Below are positions 55,921 through 63,999 of a stretch of 64,000 nt of DNA, piece by piece (positions within the stretch are counted from its first letter, which is position 1; the number at the start of each line of letters is the position of its first letter). Origin of the DNA: a bacterium. GTDB lineage: Bacteria; Elusimicrobiota; Elusimicrobia; UBA1565; UBA9628. The notes under the pieces are model-generated. The model searched no databases. It was not told where the DNA came from and was given only the letters and a program-made list of their open reading frames with translations. Made by a program: the position numbers and the translations under genes. The DNA lies in assembly GCA_021810245.1 (NCBI GenBank), contig JAJZJF010000003.1, positions 1,052 through 65,051 of the forward strand. Direction: 5' to 3'.

Positions 55921-57486
55921 ATGCTTCAATCAGAAGTGTCTATGGCAGATGCTCCGTGGCGTATTCTGTTGGTTATCAAGGCTGAGGCGGGTAGTTCCGT
56001 TCTTGTTGACAAGCTGAAAGCCTCCAGTCGGCCCATTCATTTAAAGCAGGTGGATAATGACTTGGCGCTGAGCGAGGCTTTGACGGGCTCCTCTTGGGAC
56101 GTCATCATTGGAGGGAATGTTGATTCCAATTTCGGACTTATGGACGCGCTCAAAGCGATTCAGGAACGCGGTCTCGACATTCCTCTTCTTGTTTTCTGCG
56201 ATGAACTTAAAGAAGATAATGTTTCCAAAGTGATGATGGCGGGAGCCAAGGATTGCATTACCAAAGAAGGAGTGGCTCGTCTTCTCCCGGTAATCGAAAG
56301 AGAAATCCAAGAGGCGCAAAACAGAAAAAGACATCGGCAGTTGGAAGAACAATGCCGCCATGCGGAAAAAATGGAAGTCTTAGGGCGTTTGGCGGGAGGC
56401 GTGGCCCATGATTTCAACAATTTGTTGACCACGATCTTGGGCAATGTCACTTTTTTAATGGCCGGGTCTCAGGAAAACCCTCATTGGAAAGAAGATCTCG
56501 AGGAGATTAAGAAAGCGGCTCAGCGGGCGGCTTCGTTGACTGGCCAACTCTTGGCCTTTACCCGCCGACAGGTTTTTCAGCCCAAGATTTTAGATTTAAA
56601 TTTTGAGATACAAAACGTCGAAAAAATCCTTAGGCGGACCATTGGGGAAGATATCAATATTCAAATTGATTTAGCCCCCGGTCTTTATTTTGTTTATGTC
56701 GATTCCGGACATATTCAGCAGGTTTTAATGAATTTGGCGGTCAACGCCAAGGACGCGATGCCCAAGGGTGGAACTTTGCGAATTCAGACAAAAAATATCG
56801 ATTTCAAACAAGGGGCATCGCTACACAATTTTGAAATTCCTAAAGGCGAGTATGTTTTAATGACGATCTCTGACACTGGAATTGGAATGGAAGAGGAGCT
56901 GAGGGCCCATGTCTTTGAGCCGTTTTTTATGAGCCAAGACCGTAAAATAGAGACTGGGCTCGGTTTAGCCACGGTTTACGGGATCGTCAAGCAAAACGGC
57001 GGGTTTATTAATTGCGAAAGCTCTCTTGGCCGAGGAACGAGTTTCCATATTTATTTTCCTCGCGGCAATTTTCAGCTCGAGGAAGGGAAAAAAGACAAGC
57101 CGCAAGTCGCTTCCAAGGCCGCGGCCAAGACTGTTTTGCTCTTGGATGACGAGAAAAGCGTTCGCCAGTTGACCGCGCGAATGCTTAAAATGGCCGGGTA
57201 TTCGGTTTTTGAAGCGGCGTCGGTTTCGGAGGCGAGAAAAATTTTAGAGCTTGAAAAAACCCCCGTTCAACTCCTCTTAAGCGACGTGGTTCTCCCCGAT
57301 CAAAACGGGATTGATTTCGCCAAGACCCTTTGCTCTCTTTACCCTGATTTAAAGGTGGTCTTTATGTCGGGGTATCTCGATCGCGAGTTCGGCGATTTTA
57401 AGATTGATGAAAATGTGGCCTTTCTTCAAAAACCCTTTAGTCAGGAAGATTTGCTCAAAAAAATATCTCAGGCTCTTGAGCCTTAA
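55921..57486 (+). CDS. Hybrid sensor histidine kinase (N-terminal pseudo-receiver, HisKA, HATPase, C-terminal REC)
   Basis: H-box GGVAHDFNNLLT, N-box NLAVNAKDAM, G-boxes DTGIGM / GLGLATV, and C-terminal REC with LLLSDVVLPDQNG. The N-terminal REC-like fold lacks the acidic pocket. Confidence 0.9.
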   Translation: MLQSEVSMADAPWRILLVIKAEAGSSVLVDKLKASSRPIHLKQVDNDLALSEALTGSSWDVIIGGNVDSNFGLMDALKAIQERGLDIPLLVFCDELKEDNVSKVMMAGAKDCITKEGVARLLPVIEREIQEAQNRKRHRQLEEQCRHAEKMEVLGRLAGGVAHDFNNLLTTILGNVTFLMAGSQENPHWKEDLEEIKKAAQRAASLTGQLLAFTRRQVFQPKILDLNFEIQNVEKILRRTIGEDINIQIDLAPGLYFVYVDSGHIQQVLMNLAVNAKDAMPKGGTLRIQTKNIDFKQGASLHNFEIPKGEYVLMTISDTGIGMEEELRAHVFEPFFMSQDRKIETGLGLATVYGIVKQNGGFINCESSLGRGTSFHIYFPRGNFQLEEGKKDKPQVASKAAAKTVLLLDDEKSVRQLTARMLKMAGYSVFEAASVSEARKILELEKTPVQLLLSDVVLPDQNGIDFAKTLCSLYPDLKVVFMSGYLDREFGDFKIDENVAFLQKPFSQEDLLKKISQALEP

Positions 57487-57495
57487 GACCTCTTA

Positions 57496-58395
57496 TTAAA
57501 TCCCGCAATCATCGTGAATTTGGATCGCTTTTGAATCAATTCTGGCGAATAATCGGAGTTCAGCGGAGTTTAGAGCCGGAATTGCCGGTTGCTCATACCA
57601 ATTTCTCAAACGGGCATAGAACTTTCTTTTAAGCTCGGGGCTAGTGATTTCAGACCCCGGGTTGTGGGTTAGACTAGAGAAAGAAAATCCTTGTTTGAGT
57701 CGGCGCGCCCAATAGCGGGCTTTAAGATCGATGATTTGGCCCTCAAGATCGTCGACCCGTTCTGAAGCCTTGATGCATCCATTGTGGGCGTTGGGGTCGA
57801 CGTCGGCCATGGAGTCTTTGACGTCGGGGTCATCGGCAGAAAAAATGGTCGGCACGGGGACGTCTAGCGTGGGAGCCGGAATCCATAAAGGCTGACCCGA
57901 CCAGTCGGCGAAATCGTCGGCTGGCCGGGCTTTGTAGGGGGCCTTTTTTTCAGAGGCCGCCATGATGACTCCGGTTTCTGTATTGATGAGGCGCGCGTCT
58001 ATCGTGAGGGTCTCCCCGTCGGATTCGTAGCTTCCGGTGATGATGGCGTCAACGGAGGCGATTCGTCCGATGGCCTTAATTTGATCCGGGTTAATCGCTC
58101 CGGTATCCGATAAGGCTTGTTCATCTAGGACTTTCCTAAGTAAGGGCCGCTCGATGACGGCGATTTTCCTCAGGCGCACAAAACGAGTGGTCATTTTCTC
58201 CGAAATCTCCCGCCCTTCATCGAGATTGCTGCCGTCAATGGCCTCAAACGGAAGAACCGCGATTTTCTTGACCCCGAGATGCAAGGCTTGTTCCGAGATG
58301 TCCTTGGCGATTCCCATGAAAGCCCCTGCCCTGCATGAGGCACTAATGAAGAGAAAAAACAGGATTTTTATGATGATCCCAATCTTTGTTTTCAT
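57496..58395 (-). CDS. Secreted/lipoprotein with FlgO/TolB-N-like (COG5616-type) domain plus an unknown C-terminal domain
   Basis: Signal peptide ending ISASC. KKIAVLPFEAIDGSN...VIERPLLRKVLDEQ...IGRIASVDAIITGSYESDGETLTIDARLINTETGVIMAA matches the FlgO/TolB-N-like pattern. The ~130-aa C-terminal region is unassigned and has two Cys. Confidence 0.6.
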   Translation of the reverse strand: MKTKIGIIIKILFFLFISASCRAGAFMGIAKDISEQALHLGVKKIAVLPFEAIDGSNLDEGREISEKMTTRFVRLRKIAVIERPLLRKVLDEQALSDTGAINPDQIKAIGRIASVDAIITGSYESDGETLTIDARLINTETGVIMAASEKKAPYKARPADDFADWSGQPLWIPAPTLDVPVPTIFSADDPDVKDSMADVDPNAHNGCIKASERVDDLEGQIIDLKARYWARRLKQGFSFSSLTHNPGSEITSPELKRKFYARLRNWYEQPAIPALNSAELRLFARIDSKAIQIHDDCGI

Positions 58396-58459
58396 AGCCC
58401 CCTCCCTCCTCTCTCGATTCCGAGTGTAATCCCCGGGGCTTTAAAAACTCCTACCGTGC

Positions 58460-58476
58460 GCTTAACGGAAGCTTAA
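58460..58476. promoter_or_regulatory. Direct repeat GCTTAA-N5-GCTTAA (11-bp periodicity), copy 2
   Basis: The sequence is cGCTTAAcggaaGCTTAAatct, in the second lipoprotein/kinase divergent intergenic region. It ends 22 nt before the kinase ATG; copy 1 ends 23 nt before its kinase ATG. Confidence 0.5.
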
Positions 58477-58497
58477 ATCTGATATTCTATTGGGGTC

Positions 58498-60402
58498 ATG
58501 GCTAATTTATTTGAGGATCCGGAAATTTACCGGCAAATGTTTCAGATGACGCCAAACGCCGTCATCATTTCCGATCAAAATAGAAAAATACAAACGGTCA
58601 ATATTCAGGCTGAAAAAATATTGGGCTACAGCCCCGGAGAATTGACGGGGCTGTTTATTGACGATTTAATTCCCGAGAGATTTCGGGAGGATCACAAAAG
58701 ACGTTATCAAAAGTATTTAGGAGCGCCGGAAGTTCGTTTAATGAGCTCGCGGTCGGATTTGATCGCCATTCGTAAAGACGGAGGCGAAATCAACGTTGAA
58801 ATTTCTTTGGCTCCTTTATCCATCAGGGGAGAATTCTTGGTTCTGATGACCATCAGGGATGTGACTCAACAATGGAAAGAGAGCGAGAAAAACAGGCAAT
58901 TGATGGCGATTTTTGAACAGACCGCCGATGCTATCATCATTACTGATATCAAAGGGTCTATTTTGCAGGTTAATCGCGCCTTTGAGCAGATGACGGGCTA
59001 TTCGGGAGAGGAGGCGATTGGTAAAACCCCGAGAATTCTCAAGTCCGGTAAACATGAGGCGAGGCTTTACGATCATCTATGGAAAACCATTTCGGCGGGA
59101 AAGACTTTCCGAATGATTTTTGAGAATAGGAAAAAAGACGGAACGATTTTTCAAGAGAACCAAACTATCACCCCGATTAAAAATCAAAGCGGGGAAATCA
59201 CTCATTTTGTCGCCATCGGGAGAGATGTGACGGCGGAGAAAAAACTTCAGGATCAATTGACTCAAGCCCAAAAAATGGAGCCCATTGGGCAATTGGCTGG
59301 AGGAATCGCTCATGATTTCAACAATCTCTTGGTGACGATTCAAGGTTATGCCGACTTTATTTCTAAATCCGTTGATAAGGAATCTGCGGTTTATTCTGAT
59401 GTCCAAGAAATCATTCATGCGGGACAGAGAGCGGCTTCCTTGGTTAAGCAGCTGTTGGCTTTTTCGCGCAAGCAATTGATTCAGCCTCACGTCATTAATT
59501 TAGCGGACACGCTGGTGGGATTTCAAAAGATGCTTCGTCCGATTTTTATGGAAAATATTGAAATCGTCATGGTCCCCGCGCCGAATTTAGGACTGGTTTA
59601 TGCCGACCCCCACCAAATAGAGCAGGTTTTATTAAACCTCGCCATTAACGCCCGCGACGCGATGCCCAATGGCGGGAAATTGACCATTCATGCCCATAAC
59701 GTGAGATTAGACGAGTCTTACGCGGAGACTCATGCGGAGGTGAGCGCCGGCGATTATGTCGCGATATCCGTGGGGGATACTGGAACCGGCATGACCCCGG
59801 AAGTTAAAGCGCACATCTTTGAGCCTTTTTTCACGACCAAGGGCTTGGGAAAAGGCACGGGACTTGGGCTTGCGACCTGTTACGGCATTATCAAGCAGCA
59901 TAAGGGACATTTGTCATGTTATAGCGAAGAAGGGCAAGGCACGACTTTTAGGATTTATCTTCCAAGAGTTTACGATCGAGAGGAAATAATCGTTTCCGAA
60001 ACTCCCTTAGATCAGATTGCGGGCGGTCATGAACGCATTCTTCTGGTTGAGGACGAGGCCATGGTGCGCCGTTTCGTTGAGGCTTCTCTTAAGAGTTTGG
60101 GCTATCAAGTCTTATCCGTGGCTTATCCCGATGAAGCTCTCAGGATTCTCGTCGCCAACCCCGCTCCACCCATCGATTTGCTTTTAACCGATATCATCAT
60201 GCCGAAAATGAGCGGCAAGGCTTTGGCGATGGAAGCTCTAAAGTATTTCCCCAATCTAAAAATTCTCTTTATGTCCGGATATACCGGAGAACAATTAAGT
60301 GACGGCGGGATTCTAAATCCCGATGTCAATTTTTTAGAGAAGCCGTTTACCTATGAGGCGCTGGCGGCTAAGATTCGAGAAATTCTAGGCTCAAAGAATT
60401 AA
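58498..60402 (+). CDS. PAS-PAS hybrid sensor histidine kinase with C-terminal REC
   Basis: Two PAS modules (MTPNAVIISD...; EQTADAIIITD...SGEEAIGKTPRILKSG). H-box GGIAHDFNNLLV, N/G boxes, and REC with LLLTDIIMPKMSG. No TM segments. Confidence 0.92.
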   Translation: MANLFEDPEIYRQMFQMTPNAVIISDQNRKIQTVNIQAEKILGYSPGELTGLFIDDLIPERFREDHKRRYQKYLGAPEVRLMSSRSDLIAIRKDGGEINVEISLAPLSIRGEFLVLMTIRDVTQQWKESEKNRQLMAIFEQTADAIIITDIKGSILQVNRAFEQMTGYSGEEAIGKTPRILKSGKHEARLYDHLWKTISAGKTFRMIFENRKKDGTIFQENQTITPIKNQSGEITHFVAIGRDVTAEKKLQDQLTQAQKMEPIGQLAGGIAHDFNNLLVTIQGYADFISKSVDKESAVYSDVQEIIHAGQRAASLVKQLLAFSRKQLIQPHVINLADTLVGFQKMLRPIFMENIEIVMVPAPNLGLVYADPHQIEQVLLNLAINARDAMPNGGKLTIHAHNVRLDESYAETHAEVSAGDYVAISVGDTGTGMTPEVKAHIFEPFFTTKGLGKGTGLGLATCYGIIKQHKGHLSCYSEEGQGTTFRIYLPRVYDREEIIVSETPLDQIAGGHERILLVEDEAMVRRFVEASLKSLGYQVLSVAYPDEALRILVANPAPPIDLLLTDIIMPKMSGKALAMEALKYFPNLKILFMSGYTGEQLSDGGILNPDVNFLEKPFTYEALAAKIREILGSKN

Positions 60403-60468
60403 GGCCCTGTTAAGCCGGCCTTCAGTCTTTTTTATCCTCGTTCCGTTACCCTTCCTTGAGGAGAACTT

Positions 60469-60855
60469 ATGGCTATCCAGAAAGAATTTAAAGACCTTGA
60501 GGGGAAAAGCCGATCATTTAAAATCTTAGTCATCGATGATGAGGCTCCGGTGGCCGGAGTTTTATCCCGAAAACTGAAAGAATACGGCTTCCAGGTCTGG
60601 AACGCCTATAATGTAGAAGAGGCCTTGTTTTGGGTGGAAGAGGAACATTTTGACGTGATTTTGGTGGATTTGGTCCTGCCTGGAGTCAGCGGATACAGCA
60701 TCATTAATTATTTAAGGGGTATGACTCATTCCTCTATTTTTGCGATGACGGGATACGCATCCGAAAATACCCTCCGAGATGTCGAGCTCTTGGGCGCTCA
60801 AGGTCTTTTGTCCAAACCATTTGACATGGAATACTTCGTTGCGCGGCTCAGATAA
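60469..60855 (+). CDS. Single-domain (CheY-like) response regulator
   Basis: ILVIDDE, VILVDLVLPGVSG, T (AMTGY) and K (SKPF). No output domain. Confidence 0.9.
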   Translation: MAIQKEFKDLEGKSRSFKILVIDDEAPVAGVLSRKLKEYGFQVWNAYNVEEALFWVEEEHFDVILVDLVLPGVSGYSIINYLRGMTHSSIFAMTGYASENTLRDVELLGAQGLLSKPFDMEYFVARLR

Positions 60856-60864
60856 AAAATTTTC

Positions 60865-60893
60865 TTGCTTGAAGAGCCGATATATTGTAGATT
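60865..60893 (+). promoter_or_regulatory. Candidate sigma70-type promoter for the small repeat-protein gene
   Basis: TTGCTT, a 17-nt spacer, then TAGATT. The predicted start falls at the foot of the 8-bp 5'-UTR hairpin (60902-60935). Confidence 0.35.
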
Positions 60894-60950
60894 GAATTTA
60901 GGACGGGATACCGTCGGAAAAAATCAAATCCCGTCGCAAGGAGAATTAAA

Positions 60951-61172
60951 ATGGCTGAAAAACTGCAGAAAGTTGGAATTCAACGCGCCGAGGGGTATCT
61001 CTACTACATCGACAAACAAGGGGATGTTTCCCGCGCGAAGATGGCCCGCGGCGGCAAAAAAGGCGGAAAAGTCGAGAAGGTTCAGAAAGTCGGAATTAAA
61101 AAAGAGAGCGGATATCTTTATTTCTTGGATAAGAAGGGAGATATTTCCCGCGCAAAAATGGTCAACGCCTAA
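60951..61172 (+). CDS. 73-aa basic protein made of two copies of a ~26-aa module
   Basis: The two modules are QKVGIQRAEGYLYYIDKQGDVSRAKM and QKVGIKKESGYLYFLDKKGDISRAKM, joined by ARGGKKGGKVEKV. AAGGAG RBS 7 nt upstream and a terminator downstream. The longer tracked ORFs on this stretch translate to junk. Confidence 0.6.
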   Translation: MAEKLQKVGIQRAEGYLYYIDKQGDVSRAKMARGGKKGGKVEKVQKVGIKKESGYLYFLDKKGDISRAKMVNA

Positions 61173-61198
61173 GGCGAAGGCTGTTTTTCGTCGTAAAA

Positions 61199-61233
61199 GG
61201 GGCCTCGGCATTTTTGTCGGGGCTTCTTTTTTT
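61199..61233 (+). terminator. Rho-independent terminator after the small repeat-protein gene
   Basis: GGGGCCTCGGC / GTCGGGGCTTC form an 11-bp stem (including G-U pairs) with loop ATTTTT, followed by T7. Confidence 0.6.
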
Positions 61234-61246
61234 GTAAGGTGTTGCG

Positions 61247-62182
61247 GTGAAGTCGATTTTAATTGTCGGGCCTGGCGCGGTGGGATCTCTTTTGGCTTTT
61301 TACGCGAACAGAAATGGTAAAGCGGTTTATCTGCTTGGGAAAAGCCTAAAATCCGATCAAAAAAAACTTCGCCGCGGAATTTCATTTGAAGAAGTTTCCG
61401 GAAAAAAATTTAAAGTTTCCCGCAATCTTTTTTGCGCTAGAGATTTTAACTCCCGCCTTCCCCTCTCGGCTACTTTCTTTTGCGTCAAAAATCCTGATAT
61501 CTCAAAAGCCGGGAAAGCGGCTTTAAAATATATTCCCGCCGACTCTCCAGTCGTCTTTTTGCAAAACGGCCTTAATCACCCGGCCCTGATTCGCAAGATT
61601 TTCAATTCTAGAAACGTGGTGATTGGAACCTGTTACGCCGCGGCGGAAAAAACTTTTTCAGAAACAGTGGTCCATCATAGCGGACGGGGCATGGTCTTGT
61701 CTAAAAACAGAGGCAATAGAGAGGCGGCTCAGTGCGTTGCCTCCTTGCTTTCGGAAGATGGCTGGGATGTCTCTATCGAAAAGGACGAAGAAAAAATGTT
61801 GTGGAAAAAACTCTGTCTTAACGCCGCGGTCAACCCCTTGGGCGCTTTAGCCAAGGCCACTAACGGAGAAATTGGCTCGTCTGTTGAACTGAGAATGATT
61901 GCCGAACAAATCATGAAAGAATCCCTTTTAGTCGCTAAAGCCTGCGGAAAAAAGATATCTCAAAAGAGTATGAAGCGTCTCTTGACTCAAGTCTGCCAAC
62001 CGGATTCAGAGCAAAGAAACTCGACTCTTCAAGATATTGAAAGAGGGAAAAGAACGGAGATAAAACAAATTTTAAACCCAATTCTTGTTGAGGCTAAGCG
62101 GCGGAAAATTGAAATACCGGTTTTAAGAAGAGTTGCCAGAATGATTTTCAAATTGGAGGACTATGTCTGCCAAAATTTTTGA
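61247..62182 (+). CDS. panE: 2-dehydropantoate 2-reductase (ApbA/PanE family)
   Basis: ILIVGPGAVGSLLA Rossmann motif, KNPD, LWKKLCLNAAVNPLGAL, and STLQDIERGKRTEI. GTG start. Confidence 0.85.
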   Translation: MKSILIVGPGAVGSLLAFYANRNGKAVYLLGKSLKSDQKKLRRGISFEEVSGKKFKVSRNLFCARDFNSRLPLSATFFCVKNPDISKAGKAALKYIPADSPVVFLQNGLNHPALIRKIFNSRNVVIGTCYAAAEKTFSETVVHHSGRGMVLSKNRGNREAAQCVASLLSEDGWDVSIEKDEEKMLWKKLCLNAAVNPLGALAKATNGEIGSSVELRMIAEQIMKESLLVAKACGKKISQKSMKRLLTQVCQPDSEQRNSTLQDIERGKRTEIKQILNPILVEAKRRKIEIPVLRRVARMIFKLEDYVCQNF

Positions 62183-63038
62183 CGGGCGCGCTTTTTCAGA
62201 AAAAATTTATAAAAACCTTAAAGCTCGAGTTAAAAAACTAAAAGCGCGTGGAATTGTTCCTAGTCTTGCGATTTTTTCAAGCGAGGGCTCTCTTGCGGCG
62301 GAATCTTTTGTTCGGTCCAAAATCAAGGATTCAGAGAAAATCGGGATGAGTTGCCGCGCCGTTCAAATGAGTTCTTTCTCTAGGCTAAAAAACTATGCGC
62401 GGGCAATAGAGAACGCGGTCAAAGACAAAAAAATCCATGCGCTCATTTTGATCAAACCTCTTCCCTCTGGGCTTGATATGGAGAAATTGGAGAATTTGAT
62501 TGCTCCGGAAAAAGACGCGGAGGGTTTAAGCCCCGCGCATTTTGGCAGGCTCTTTGGCGCCCGAGATTTTGATGAAATTAAAGAGAAGCGTTTAATCGTT
62601 CCGGCAACGGCCCTGGCAATCGCCGAAATTTTAAAAGAGTTAAGTTTCCCTTTTAAAGGAAAAAAGGCCCTAGTCATTGGTAGATCCAATATCGTTGGAA
62701 ATCCCGCGGCGCATCTTTTGACGATGATGGATTTAACCGTGACCTTGGCCCATTCAAAAACTAGGGATTTAAGAAAAGAAGTCGAGGAGTCCGATATCGT
62801 AGTTTCCGCGGTCGGAAGTCCACATTTAGTTAAAGGCTCTTGGATTAAAAAGGGAGCCGTCGTCATCGACGCAGGGACTAGCGCCGTTCAAGGAAAATTA
62901 ACCGGCGACATTGATTTTGACGGCGCGCTTAAAAAAGCGGCATGGATTACGCCTGTTCCGGGCGGGGTGGGGCCGGTGACGACGGCGTGTTTGTTGAGAA
63001 ATGTCGTTTTCTTAGCCGAGCGGGCTCTTCAAAAGTAA
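62163..63038 (+). CDS. folD: Bifunctional methylene-THF dehydrogenase/methenyl-THF cyclohydrolase
   Basis: SFVRSKIK, KDAEGL, VIGRSNIVGNPAA, WIKKGAVVIDAG and ITPVPGGVGPVT. The usual PCTP is PATA. Confidence 0.85.
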   Translation: MSAKIFDGRAFSEKIYKNLKARVKKLKARGIVPSLAIFSSEGSLAAESFVRSKIKDSEKIGMSCRAVQMSSFSRLKNYARAIENAVKDKKIHALILIKPLPSGLDMEKLENLIAPEKDAEGLSPAHFGRLFGARDFDEIKEKRLIVPATALAIAEILKELSFPFKGKKALVIGRSNIVGNPAAHLLTMMDLTVTLAHSKTRDLRKEVEESDIVVSAVGSPHLVKGSWIKKGAVVIDAGTSAVQGKLTGDIDFDGALKKAAWITPVPGGVGPVTTACLLRNVVFLAERALQK

Positions 63039-63791
63039 GGCGTGTTTGGCTTGATATTCAACTTGGGCGCAGGCGACCACCGCCGCAGTCTCGGCCCTTA
63101 GGATATGGTCCCCAAGGCTAAAGGGTTTGACGTTTCTTTTGAGAAAAAGCTCAACTTCTTTTTCTGAAAATCCGCCCTCGGGCCCGATCCAGAGATTAAC
63201 GGCGAAAGATTGAAGATTGAGATTTTTAAAGAGGGGCTCGAGATTAAAATTCCGGTCTTGATTGCCTCTTAATTTCTCCCAGGCAAAGAGAAAGACATCT
63301 CCCTTCAAGTCTTGTCTCAATATCTCATCCAAGGCTCGGGGATAATTTAGCTCTGGAATTGAATCGCGTTCGGATTGCTTGACCGCGCTTAAAATCACTT
63401 TTTTCCATCTCTCCATTTTTCGGGGATAATCTTCTTTTTTTAATGTGATTGCCGAGTAATCGCTTAAAACAGGCATAAAAGCGGCGACCCCGATTTCAGT
63501 TCCTTTTTCAAGAACCTCTTCCCAGGCCTGGGTTTTAAGAATAGAAGCGTAGAGATTGATCTTGATGGAAGAATCTTTAAACGGCCAGCGATTGACAATA
63601 GAACCCTTAATTAAATCTCTCCCAATTTCTTCAATGAGGCCTTCGATTTTTGTTCCCGCCGGGTCTAAACATAAAATCTTGTCTCCGGTCTTATAGCGGA
63701 GAACCCTTAAGGCGTGTCCGGCCTCGGGGCCCACAAGAGTAAAGCGGTTTTCTTGGGGTGAAATCTCTTGGCCCAGCCGAAATTGCGGCAT
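63012..63791 (-). CDS. rsmE: 16S rRNA (uracil1498-N3)-methyltransferase, paralog 2
   Basis: N-terminal PUA-like (GHALRVLRYKTGDKI) and C-terminal WIGPEGGFSEKE...GDHILRAETA. 27-nt convergent overlap with folD. Confidence 0.88.
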   Translation of the reverse strand: MPQFRLGQEISPQENRFTLVGPEAGHALRVLRYKTGDKILCLDPAGTKIEGLIEEIGRDLIKGSIVNRWPFKDSSIKINLYASILKTQAWEEVLEKGTEIGVAAFMPVLSDYSAITLKKEDYPRKMERWKKVILSAVKQSERDSIPELNYPRALDEILRQDLKGDVFLFAWEKLRGNQDRNFNLEPLFKNLNLQSFAVNLWIGPEGGFSEKEVELFLKRNVKPFSLGDHILRAETAAVVACAQVEYQAKHALLLKSPLG

Positions 63792-63804
63792 TCTTTCTTA
63801 ATTT

Positions 63805-63999
63805 TTAATGCTTAAAGAAGCTTTTGAAAATTCCGCCGTTTGAATCATGGCCGGAGTCCGAATCTTTTGAACCGGAGTTGTCTTGATGATTCTCTGTTTT
63901 TTGAAATTCTTCCAGGAGTTCTTTTTGTCGCGGCGTCAAATGGCGCGGAATCTCAATTTTAATTTTGACGAGGAGATCGCCTCTTCCGCGCCCGTGAAG
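63805..63999 (-). CDS. dnaJ: Chaperone DnaJ, C-terminal fragment (partial at window edge)
   Basis: The reverse-strand translation is ...GRGDLLVKIKIEIPRHLTPRQKELLEEF... followed by an acidic/Ser tail and TAA at 63807-63805. This is the classic DnaJ C-terminus. Confidence 0.85.
   Translation of the reverse strand, partial: LHGRGRGDLLVKIKIEIPRHLTPRQKELLEEFQKTENHQDNSGSKDSDSGHDSNGGIFKSFFKH

Noticed and set aside
60865-61385. Long ORFs 60865-61320 (+, 151 aa) and 60924-61385 (-, 153 aa)
   Set aside because: Their translations are compositionally odd, and they cross a good terminator and the panE start. The 73-aa internally repeated ORF, with its RBS and terminator, explains the region better.
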